Origin: Macrostomum lignano
Taxonomy: Eukaryota
Direction of reading: 5' to 3'
DNA: 64,000 nucleotides
NCBI GenBank assembly: GCA_002269645.1
Contig: NIVC01000033.1
Location: 733,335-797,334, forward strand
The notes beneath the pieces are model-generated. The model had not been told where the DNA came from. It was given only the letters and a program-made list of their open reading frames with translations, and did not search any database. Below, one piece after another: positions 8,993 to 19,813 of the stretch. Position 1 is the stretch's first letter. Each line of letters begins with the position of its first letter. The position numbers and the translations under genes are program-made.

Positions 8993-11900
8993 CTAAACCC
9001 AACCTCCTAAACCTAATCTCCAGTGCCCGAACGGTAGACTGTTGATATTGTCATCAAAAATGAATCTCTTGTTATCTGCACCTGACAGTCCAATCTTCTT
9101 TTGCTGAATTGTGTGAATAATATGGTTTTTAGATTGTAGCTTTGAGAACTCATGTGATGTCTTTTTGTTGCAATTCAAGGCGTCTCTGTATTCAGCTTCA
9201 TTAATTTCCTTCCTAACCACACGTTTCGGAATTCCCTTTGATTTTTTGATTGGGTCTGACGACTCACATTTTATAAAATAGGACTTTGCTCTCAACCCAA
9301 TGAATTCAGTGATTATGTCACCAGCAATCTCGTCCTTCATTTTCCCAATCACTTTCTTGTTAGTGGCGTCAAACACTTGATCACCATTCAGCGTCCTGCA
9401 AGATTCATCATACTCAGACAAGTCAAACAAATCTTTTTGCTGCAGCATGTCCTGATAAATGTCTTCTGTTTGAATGTCCATAATAAAACTGTCTGTGTCA
9501 GTGTACAAGAGTTTCATTTTATCCTTGTACTGCTGCTTCATGCCATAGAAGAACTGGTACATCAGACGTTTTGATTCGTCGAGAACAGTGACACCTGTAT
9601 AGATCGGCTTGCGCAGCGTCACCTTGGTTTTGTAAAATATGATCACACCTAAGTAGCTATTAAAGATATGGAGTTCTTTGAATGTTGGCTTTGACATATT
9701 TGCCTGAATAACAGCAGGCTCTGATGAGGTAACAAGTTTCAGGTTTGTTCTTTTCCGCTCATTCTCAAGAGTCTTGCCATAGACAGAGTTGTTGGCCAAC
9801 TTAAAGAGGTTCTTGTCAAAGTCGTTGGTTGCTTTGGTCCTAAACTGGGTGTTCTTATCAATGTAGGGTTTCATCCACGCTTCCTCTGTAAATGTAAGAG
9901 CCCTGTGAACTTTGGTGACCCTGCAACCAAGTGAGATAAAATATGAAGCAGTTTGTAATGGATTTTGTAACGTGTCTTGTTGTTTAGATTCTGTGTTAGT
10001 TTCTCTGTATGTTCTTTTTCTGTTCCTGACAGGTGCCAAGTTCCATTATTATCATTGGGAGTTTCGATTATTTTCGGGCACTTGATGTTCTCTGGGAAGG
10101 GTGGAAAGTCAGAGAAATAGTCGTGAAGCTCTGGTGGAATGTAAACATCAACCTCATAAATGGCAGCCAATGAAAAGTCCCGTTTGAATTCTGATGAGGG
10201 TAGCCATCGAAAATCTCTAACTGGAAGATCTTGACTCATCGCCCACCCGTAGAGATTATTAGCGTCCAAGTAAGTAATGTAGTTTGAGGGTGCTCCTTAT
10301 TGTAAGATTCAATGTAGGGATTGTTTGCTTTTGCATACCTGTTAACGCAAATTGAGATCCCCCTCGCTTTGACGATTCGACAAAATTGTACATGTCAATG
10401 TCTGTAAGAAGTTCAATGTACCAATCTGGATCTTGATCCCATTTCATTTTAAGCAAAGATTCCCAGCTAGTGGCAGGCAGAGACACATAATGTGCTGGAT
10501 CGAGGCCATATGCTGTGTACCAGGTATATCTGAAGGTTTCAAACACATCGGCCAGCAGAAACACATCTGTGTAGAGGTAAAGCAGGTGATACTGGAAGAA
10601 GTTTTGACAATTAAAGTAATTATAGACATGCTTCGCGTGCTCATAGTCTTTGTCAGAGATTCCAGAGTCTGTTAGCTTTGAAAAGAACTTTTCTGGTGGT
10701 AAACCTTCTTCAAATACGTGATACCCAGTAATATTTTCATAGGGGTAGAAGCCTTTCTTTCTTAAAAGTTTAAATGATTCATCACTGTTGTTAATTTTAC
10801 TTGCAAAATATCTTTGTATATGTACATTGTTCATCTTTTAGATTCTTGCTTAGTTCGTCTAGACTGGCAGCTAGAAATTGATATGAATCCTTCAGTCTTA
10901 TTTTACCTGTAATTGAATTATCCTGTTTAATATCAACACACTTAAACTTCTCCTTGTTCTCTGCGATGCAATCAAGGTGTATGTCTGGAATCATGCCGAT
11001 TTTTTCAACTATTAAATGCATGTCATAGTTCTTTGCGTTGTGACAAAATATCGTTAGATCATGAATGTTCGATTTTAGCTTTAGATTACAGGTGTTATGC
11101 GCTGCACCTCTAAATTTCCCAGTATAGTGGCAGTGGTCCCTAACGGTGGGGTTCTTAATATTAGTGCAAGTTAAATGTTTCCTGCAGATGTGGCAATGAG
11201 TTGCTGATAAGAAATTGCTTTCATCCTCCTCAGTCATCATTATTGGAACAGGTTGAAGGGTGCTAATTACTTTTTGCAACTCTAACATTCTGGCAATAAA
11301 CTGCTCCACACACTGCTCTCCAAAGAAATAATTATACTCAACAAGTCCTTTTGTATTAATAAAGGCATATGCTACTGAATTGGGGATATGTTTTTGAGTT
11401 GGAGTTTGTTTTTGAGTTTGAGTTTGTGTTTGAGTTTGTTTTTGTGTTTCCGGCATGATTGAGCATTCAAAATCAGCATATACAACAAATGGGAGCTTCT
11501 CCATCTTGTGATAGTTCTTAAACCGAAGATACTTCTCTTCAGCTGAAGGAAGAGAGCAGTTTGTTGGGTGATCCTCGCATGATAATTCATGCTCTGTTAG
11601 CTTTTTTAAACGCTCAGGTCCACTGTAATGCTTGAGGCACAAGCGGCAGATAGCAACAGCCTCGTGATGATTATTCAACTGTTTGTGAATGAGTCTTGAA
11701 AGATCTTTAATCCAAACATAGTGAGCCTCCTCTAGTAAATTACCAATCACTAGAAGATCCACTTCAGTCCGCCTTTTCCCCTCAGGATCTAAAACGTCTT
11801 TGCTACATCTGACCGGTTGAACTTTCTCAGTTTTTTCACTCCACTCAAAGACTGTGATTCTAATTTTGTTATTAAACACTTCTTCTAGCTTTGGGATCTG

Positions 11901-12919
11901 AGAGATCGCCAAGCCTCCTTTGTCAAACCTGATTCCCTTCTTTTCGCATTCGATGAGATAGTAGTTGAAATAATTTTGATAATTTGAGGTTCTTTCGGGG
12001 TGGTGAGGGACACTATCATAAAGAAGTGCAGAAAGAACTGCCCATAGAGCACAGCAATTGTCTTTATTTTTAACATTTATGCAAGCTTTTTTGCCGGCTA
12101 GCTTATGCGGGAGCTCTATATAAGAGGAGGCTTTAAGTGGGTCATATTTCATGACCATGACAGTCGCTCTTTGAATCCCTCCCACGACCCATCCAGAACC
12201 TCTGGATGTAAACGCTTCAATTTTCTTAGTGACATCTTGAAGGAAAGGATCCAGTGTGTCTGTAGGGGTGAATGGCTTTGCCTTTGTTGTCATGTAATAC
12301 TCGAGATGCTCAGTGGGTTTTGCAGGCATATAAAACGCAATCTTGAATGATATCTGTAGTTTAAAGGTCTTGCGTGTTTTGAGTGTGTGATCAACAACTG
12401 ATTGGATGCTGTCTTTATAGTCGTAGATGTTTGCGGTGGTATCCTTAATTGGGATTGTGTACTCTATGTAATGTTCTGTAAACTTCCTCTGTGCAAAATT
12501 AATCTCTTCAATGGCAAGCTCCGACTCTTTTAATGGATTAATTGCTCTAATTTCTCTTGTTCCTGCTTATTTTGTGGGTACTTTGCTTTTTCACCAGTGA
12601 GAGTTTCGTATTTGTTAACTAAGTTGCGACTCCTCTCTTGGTGTTCTTTTGCAGGATTTTGTATAGGCACATACTGGTTGGATTCTAATTGATTGATGAT
12701 TTCCAACTGTTTTTCATAGCTTCCCAGGTGACCAGGGTCGGTGTTGAACTTTTGTTTGCATGCTTCTCTTAGTAAATTACTTTTGTCTTGAAATGAGACA
12801 CCTTTTAAGGTTGTAGGGTAGGGTAAATGAGACGAAAAATATTTGTTGACTAAATCTTTTGCTGGATTAGCTTTTGGCATTTTTTTCTCTAACATAAAAA
12901 AAATTTTGAGGGTGACCAC
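8993..12919 (-). pseudogene. pPolB: Protein-primed family B DNA polymerase with N-terminal extension and EndoVII-like insert; about 5 frameshifts
   Basis: Motifs YADFE, HNAKNYD, KGFYPYE, RGG, YLDANNLYGWAM, KLANNSVYGK, YTDTDS, CHIC...VRDHCHYTG...AAHNTCN. Fragments join with small shifts at ~12540, ~10812, ~10361, ~10288 and ~9943. The 129-aa ORF at 12530-12919 is probably its N-terminus. Confidence 0.93.
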
Positions 12920-13003
12920 CCTGATAGAAAAGTTGAACTGTTTCTACATCCTATAAGTAGTGTTAGGTTTATGAAGCTGGATAAAGTGGGGTTTTAAACC
13001 TCA

Positions 13004-13450
13004 TCACATGCGCATTATTGTAAACCCAGCATTGTGCAGTGTCATGATGGCTTTGACAATGTCAGACTTGCTTACAGAATTTTCATGCTCACAATCATCA
13101 CGATCGGGGCAGCCCTCTCCTGCCTTAATTGTTATACCTTTGTCTCTTGCAATCTTTTGCAATTCAAGCTGGTGGGCTCTATCATTACCAGCTTTAACAG
13201 CAGTTGCTACACCTCCAGCTACACCACCTGCGGCACTTACAGCGCCTGCAATGATTGGGATAAGAGCTGCTAATGGTAGGATTCCTCCTGACTTTTGATC
13301 TGTGATGCTGTGTCTTTGCTCATTACACTGAAGTATTTGCTGCGTGGGATCGATTTTTACTTTGACACCTTTAATTGATATAAGACCTGGTTTCTTTGAT
13401 TCAATGATTTTATTGAGTTTATTGATGGTTCTGGTTTCGATCTTTGTCAT
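13004..13450 (-). CDS. Adenovirus pX/mu-like small core protein candidate
   Basis: SGGILPLAALIPIIAGAVSAAGG closely resembles the GGILP..IP.IAAAIGA segment of adenovirus pX. Confidence 0.6.
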   Translation of the reverse strand: MTKIETRTINKLNKIIESKKPGLISIKGVKVKIDPTQQILQCNEQRHSITDQKSGGILPLAALIPIIAGAVSAAGGVAGGVATAVKAGNDRAHQLELQKIARDKGITIKAGEGCPDRDDCEHENSVSKSDIVKAIMTLHNAGFTIMRM

Positions 13451-13466
13451 TTTTTATTTTAATATT

Positions 13467-14504
13467 TTAATTAATTTCCGTGTCAGCTGGTATCACTAGG
13501 AGTTCAGCTCTAGTGAATGACCGCGTGGGGGATTTAGGGTTAAAGGTTTGAGATAAAAAGTAATATTCTCCAGAGTCGGAGGTAAAATGTCTGTCTATTT
13601 TATGTACATCAAGGCTGAAGTATGGATCTGTAGCTCTTCTTTTGGTGTCTTTCTCTAGCTCTCCAGGTAGATATAAAAAGCGTAGAAACTCAGAGTTTGT
13701 CAGTATGTATGGTGATTCAACTCCTGGAAGCTTAGGGTAGTTCGAGGTGTGTTTTGTGTTGTGTGTGTTGTGTGGGGTTGTCGTGTTGTTGTCTGTTCTA
13801 TGAGATGCCTTAAGTTCGACAGTGTCTTGTTTAATTGCATGGGATGGTTTCAATCCAGTCATACGTGTGACTTCATTGTTCAGTTGCTCTATAACAGTGG
13901 GGAGCCGGTCTGTCCATTTTGAATAGTACTGACCACTTTTTAGTTTCAGCTCTTCAGCTGTCTGCTTAGTGAATAGCCTCTTGGCTAGAGTTAGATTGAA
14001 TCTTTCCACAAAAGCCTGGTCTCTGTGGAGCTCAGTTCTTCCATAGCGAATCTTCGCATTTTTCTTTTCCATAAGGGATTTGACTGCACCCATGAATTCT
14101 TTTCCAGGATCAGTCATAAAGGTTTGGGGGTATGTGAGCGGAGAGTTTTTATAAATATCTTGCAGTGCGCTGGCAACAACCTCTGACTTCTTCGTCTTGA
14201 GTGGGCGAGCTTCCTTATATCTGGAAGCAATGTCAATAATTGTAAGAGCATACTTGTAGCCTGAGTCGTTGGGGAGAAACAAAAGATCTGCTTGGTGCGC
14301 TTCATTAGGTTTATAAATACTTAAATGGGGCCTTTCAAATTTTACTGGTGGGAAATAGACTTGAAAGACAGCCTGCTTAGAGAGCCATTTTTCTACTGTA
14401 GCTTTTGGTTCCTTACTTAGTTCTGCGAGTTTGGTGACTGCATTTTTTCCTACAAAAAATCCTTTGTCGCTTTAGTAGAGTTTTTTAAGTTTCTGATCTG
14501 TCAT
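13467..14504 (-). pseudogene. Retroviral-like (c-)integrase with premature TAA at codon 11 (14472-14474)
   Basis: HQADL, IIDIASRY, TDPGKEF, VERFN (DDE). E2 has TAC at the equivalent codon. Confidence 0.92.
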
Positions 14505-14534
14505 TTATTTAAAAAGAAAATTTAAAATAAAATA

Positions 14535-15035
14535 ATGCAACGCTCTGGTGGTAAGTTAGATTCACATGGACTGATAGAAAAGCTTCCTCATCCAAACAAA
14601 GGCTGGACAGTTCCCGGGTACAAATATTGCGGGCCTTTGAATCCACTTGAAATACAGTTAGATGCAAACGATAATCCAAATCCTGGGCATGAGCCTGTGA
14701 ACGAGCTAGACTCTGTCTGCATGTGGCACGATGTTAAATATAGAGATTTTCCTGAGGAGAAGAATCGCTGGGACAAAGAAATGCTTAAGAGACTAGACAA
14801 TATAGGGGCTTCAAGCGGATTTCGTGAGTCGATCGCTCGGAAGCTAGTTAAAGCTGTTATTTTTGGTAAAACAAAGTTGGGGTTGGGGGTTGAAGGCGAG
14901 GGCGGGTGCACAGGGAGAGAGGGCTGGTGCACGAGGAGAGAGGGCGGAGGCTCAGGAGCGGGGTTTATTTTGTGCGCTCCTAACAATGAATTGGGAAGAC
15001 TTTTGAAAGATATGGGGGTAGAGAGAGACGCTTGA
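14535..15035 (+). CDS. Parvovirus VP1u-like phospholipase A2 domain protein
   Basis: PGYKYCGPLN calcium loop and catalytic HDVKY. Confidence 0.85.
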   Translation: MQRSGGKLDSHGLIEKLPHPNKGWTVPGYKYCGPLNPLEIQLDANDNPNPGHEPVNELDSVCMWHDVKYRDFPEEKNRWDKEMLKRLDNIGASSGFRESIARKLVKAVIFGKTKLGLGVEGEGGCTGREGWCTRREGGGSGAGFILCAPNNELGRLLKDMGVERDA

Positions 15036-15335
15036 GTCGGGAAGGGTTTAACTATTATTATTCTCAGCCCTGACCAAATGCGACAGCTGCATTTGAAAAG
15101 TCAAGACCAAAATCCTCTTCGATCTAGCCTCGGGAGAGGCCAAAATTCTAAAATCCTTTAGCCGAAGCCTCTCTCCCCCCACGCCCACAGCCCAACCCCC
15201 ACTTTATCTAAACTCGTTGCTCTTGTTGATTAAACTGGCTTCGGCTAAATCTCTCTCCCCACCGAACAAACCCTCACCCCAGCTGGTTATATTAAACCAC
15301 AAGCATAAACCGCCCAGACCTCTTCACTAACATAT

Positions 15336-15899
15336 ATGCCCTCGCCAGCTACAGAAGAGAAACGGTTAAAAGAACTTGAATCCAAATTGAAGCAAGGAAA
15401 AAGAAAGGCTCAACTACTTCTTCGAGAGAGTAATTTTGAAAACATCACTTTAGAGGACATTTTACAACATTGGAACGGATCGGCGTTGAAGAGAAACACT
15501 GATTTCTTTAAGTCAGTAGAGGTAAGACTCAAGTCTGTGTACCTTTATCTGTGCATTTGTCTGGTACTTTTTTATTTATAGCATTATTTCATTTCTTACA
15601 TTTTAAAGGCTGTGTATCAACTGGAAGAAAAAAAGCGTGTGAAACAAAAAGAGTTGGACAGAACAAGATCAGAGAATATCCCAGATGGACTCGAGTGTGG
15701 CGTTTGCCTCGACTGGCTCGCCGACTCCCGACTGCTAGTCTGCGGCCACTCTTTCTGTCGCAACTGTCTCTATCGCTTATACGATGCGGCGGAAAATAAC
15801 ATTATCTGCCCTATGTGTCGGATTGCGACGATTGGACAAGTGGATCAACTGAATAGGAACTATTCGGTTGAAGCAGCGATTCAAAGCTGTAGAAAATGA
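15336..15899 (+). CDS. C3HC4 RING-finger (E3 ligase-like) protein, two exons (15336-15521, 15609-15899)
   Basis: CxxC...CGH.FC..C...CPMC; an 87-nt GTAAGA...TTTTAAAG intron joins the two ORFs in phase 0. Confidence 0.75.
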
Positions 15900-16399
15900 G
15901 CCCTTCTCTTTTCCTGCTTTAATAGGAAAATAAAGATGGCAAAACATCTTTTGAACTATGTTCTGCTGGCCTCCAACATAAAGAACATCTTTTTGTTTGT
16001 TGGAGTCAAAACATATACTATTGATGTCTTTTTTTTTACTTTGTGACATAATTACTATAAAAAGCTAGCATGATCTTACCAAAAACCACTACTTAACTAC
16101 CTCTGTTATGCTCTGATGGGGTGGGTGTTGATTTCAACGGTGAAGAGTTTGTATTGACGTTAATCATTGAGAGAATGTGAGAAAATGCGTTCCCCTTTTA
16201 AGTATGCTTGCCGAGAATAGAGTGGTCTGAAAAAATGCGCGCATGTGTACTCAAAATCTCTTACCCCATTCTGACAGTTTGTGGGCGCGGGCGTCGCGCG
16301 GTGGGGAGTGTGTGTGTGTGTGGGTGCAGCGCGCGTGGGGGGAGAGAGATTTTCACTTTAACTGAGCCCAGCCGAGGAAGAATTCCGTCTCGAGGGAAG

Positions 16400-16520
16400 G
16401 CCAAAATGCAAACGATTTCGGCCTCGCGCAAGGCCAGAATGAAAACGATTTCGGCCTCGGGCGAGGCCAAAATGAAAACGATTTTGGCCTTGCGCGAGGC
16501 CAAAATGAAAAGGATTTTGG
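16400..16520 (+). repeat. ~32-bp tandem repeat inside the E1 right end (about 4 copies)
   Basis: GGCCAAAATGAAAACGATTT(C/T)GGCCT.GCGC.A units; a reduced version occurs at 36295-36390. Confidence 0.8.
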
Positions 16521-16532
16521 CCTTTCAGTTTT

Positions 16533-16775
16533 TTAACACAATTGTCTAATGATTTCTGCAAAGTTATAGTAGCTGTCGTAATCTTTTACGTAGGTTACTC
16601 CATACTTATGAAGCCAGTGTCTTTGGAGAGCTTGATTAATATTAGGGACATTGATATCAACGTCAGGCCAATATTTTCTCATGTACTCGCTGCATTCAAG
16701 TTTGCATCGGTACTTGCTCTTGTAATTAGGCTCGTGCGCTTTGTAATAAGAACCCGGAGAGACAACTGGAAACAT
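16533..16775 (-). CDS. TIR-encoded ~80-aa orphan protein (copy 2)
   Basis: Homolog of 1834-2073 in the right TIR. Confidence 0.7.
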   Translation of the reverse strand: MFPVVSPGSYYKAHEPNYKSKYRCKLECSEYMRKYWPDVDINVPNINQALQRHWLHKYGVTYVKDYDSYYNFAEIIRQLC

Positions 16776-17158
16776 TTTTTATTGAGAATTTAATTTTTTC
16801 AAAGGGTAAGGACCCTTGGTTAGGGGATTAAAGTTTTAGGGATGTGGTAGCACGTTGCGGATTGAATGTGGGGGAGAAGAATGCAGATTTTTTTCTGATT
16901 GTTTCTGGGTGGATGTTAGTGGATTATGTCAGTGTCAGTGAGCATAACAGGTGTTAGTGGACACTTGTTATGGACTGGTTTGTGCGGCGAAAGTGCACAA
17001 ACCGGCTTTAGTGCCCAGCGCGTTGATTGTACATCGCCGCCTGCCCCCCCCTTGGGTGGCAGGGGTGTTTTTAAACCCCCGTCGCGCTCTACTGGCGGCT
17101 CACTTTGCCTTCTCGCAGTGAATTTTTTTGACTTAGAAATAGAAACTTTTGCTGAGTC

Positions 17159-18219
17159 ATGAACCGCACCCGTAGCCAGTCAGCCGATTCCGTCCCCACA
17201 ACTGTGCCAGCACTGCGAGGGAAACTAAAGGAGCTTGGTTTGCCAACCTCTGGCAACAAAGCAAAACTAGTCCAAAGGCTTCGCGCCCATATTCAAGACG
17301 TGGAGACCTCTGTCGAGAGTGACGAGCTGACGAACGTTCAGGCCATTCTGCGAGCTACAGGGCAGAACTCGGCGGTAGCGAGCAGCGGGGGCAGCCCCCC
17401 AAATCGGCGACAGGTCGAGAACGGTGGGTCTGGCGCGGCTGGCGGCCTGGACGAACAGCTGCTGGAGGCGGAGAAGCGAATCCGTCTGCTGAAGCTGCGC
17501 AAAGAAGAAGCGCAGCTGGAATCCGAGTTCGCGCAGCTACGGGTCGGCCGTTCTGAGGCACGTGATGTACCGGGTGAGTTGCTAAATTGCCTAACTGGAT
17601 GTGTGCAGCATGAAGTTGGGCAGCAGCATGAGAACATGGGAGCCTCAGGGAGAAGTACCAGTAGCGTCTACCGAATCGTTGACTTCGTCAGCAAGCGCAA
17701 GCAGTGTCTTCTAGGCCAGAGTAAGTCTAAAGAAGTGGCGGTCGAGGCGCTGTCGTTAGGCGATTGGGTGACGGGCAATGCGCAGGCGATGCTTCAGATG
17801 CTGACTGACGGGCGTCTAGTCAGACTGGATCAGCATGGTCGATTGGATGTGGCAGAGCTCAGAGACTATCTCAGGTACACCGCACGCATTGGCGAGTTGT
17901 TGGACCTGGGCTTCGACAAGAGCCGTGTGATGAGATTTGATGACGAGTGCCGGCTCAGCCAAACGTCTGATGGCAAGTGGGAGTCGCACAGCTCGGACCT
18001 GAGTCTGGTTGCGGCGTACCTCATGGCTCCCCAGAAGCAGCAATCGGGGGTGGTGCCCAGAAGCGCAATCAACTGGTTTGCTTCGACTACAACAGGATAC
18101 GCGGGTGCGAACGCAAGAGCTGTCGGTTCCTGCATCGCTGCCGAAGATGCGGCCTGGCGCACTCTGAGGCAGCCTTCCACCGCGACGAATCGAGCGGTGA
18201 GGAGAAACCGCAACACTGA
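17159..18219 (+). CDS. Gag-like protein with N-terminal SAP domain and C-terminal Cys/His knuckle (one G-run frameshift at ~18048)
   Basis: TVPALRGKLKELGLPTSGNKAKLVQRL; CFDYN...C....C.F.H.C..C...H in the shifted frame; collinear with 61011-62057. Confidence 0.8.
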
Positions 18220-18291
18220 CTCGATCATAGCGCGAATTTTATTCCTCCTGTTTTATCCTCTGATCTCAATCTGGCCCAGTGGCAGGCGGAG

Positions 18292-19800
18292 TTGTCCAAG
18301 CTGGATCTCCCGCCCGGTCGGATGGCTTTTATCCTTGATGGCGTTGCTAGTGGCTTTCGCATCACCAATCGTCAGATGCATGGCAACGAGCTGGTTGAAG
18401 TGGCAAACTACTCATCGGTTTTTAAGCACCATGACAGAGTTGCGCGTCAGATTGCTAATGAGCTTCGTCTCGGTCGTTATCGTCTCTGTGCTGCTGGTGA
18501 CAAACCTCGCATAGTCAGCGCCCTTGGTGCGCTGCCGAAGTCCAACGGTGGCGTTCGCTTAATCCATGACTGCAGCCGGCCGCAAGGGAAGTCTGTCAAC
18601 TCCGCTTACGAGAGCGAGCAGAGACTGCGTTTCACCTGTGTCCAGAACTTTGCTAAGAGGCTTAAGAAGAATTACTTTATGTGCAAGGTCGATCTAAGCG
18701 AAGCCTATCGTTCATGTGGGATCCATCCTGACGACCAAAAGTTTACCGGTTTGAAGTTTCGGCTAGGTAGCGATGCTTGCGACACCTACATGGTGGACAC
18801 GCGCCTGCCATTTGGTGCTGCTGCTTCCGTCACGGCTTTCTATCATCTCAGCGAGGCGGTCAAGTTGATGATGGTGCACCGCGGCTTCGTCAATACTGAG
18901 GCGTATCTGGACGATTTTGCCTTTTGCGGTTTGCAAAACGAGTGCGAGGCCTTCTTTAATGTGTTGACGTCGCTGATGACCAGACTGGGCTTCACCGTGA
19001 ATTGGACGAAGTGTCAGCGGCCTTCGCAAAGGATGACGTTTCTCGGTGTGGAGCTCGACACCGTCAAGGGCCTGAAGCGGCTTTCAGACGAGAAAGTGGA
19101 GAAACTTTTAGAGCAACTGGACGATGCTGCTGCCAAGGATCGCATCAGCAAGCAAAGTTTACAGCAGATCATCGGCAGGCTGGTGTGGGCTTCGCAGGTG
19201 ATCGAATGCGGTCGCCCCTTTCTTCAGGACCTGATTTCGCGCTCTAACAATTTGGCCGTCGGTCAGCAAGATGAGGTGGATGCGGCCCTGCGTAGTCAGC
19301 TGCGCTGGTGGAAGTGTGCTCTGCTAGCTCAAAGGTGGAAGACTCTCTGGTTCAATGGCGACTTCGATGCCGCGATCGAGTCGGACGCCTGCCTGGTGGG
19401 CGGCGCTGCCGTGCTGCGGTTGCCGGGGGCGTGAGTGACTGGCGCTACGTTAATTGGGATCTCGACGCGGATGCTGTTTTTCGGGATCTGCCTATCAATT
19501 ACAAGGAGGCTGCGATACCTCTGATGGCGTTGCTGTCGTGGCGGGACCGCCTGCACAACTGTCGGCTGTGCATCTACTGCGATAATATGGCAGCGTGCTG
19601 TATTATCAACAATGGGGTCTCCAAGTGCCCTCTGGTGTTGAGGCTGTTGCAGACGGTGGCGCTGCTTTGCATTCGTCAGAACATTCAGCTGCGTGCTTAC
19701 CATGTGCCAGGGCCGTTTCAAATTTTTGCTGACGCCGCGTCTCGGCTGCACGAGGGCAGTCAGTTGTTGAATTTTTTGCTGCGCTTTTATGGCTCATTGA
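18292..19800 (+). CDS. DIRS/Ngaro reverse transcriptase-RNase H (G-run frameshift at ~19428)
   Basis: RLIHDCS, KVDLSEAYR, LPFG, YLDD, FLGV; RNase H motifs ESDAC, INYKE, YCDN, ADAASR. Confidence 0.92.
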
Positions 19801-19813
19801 TGCGTCTCACCAA

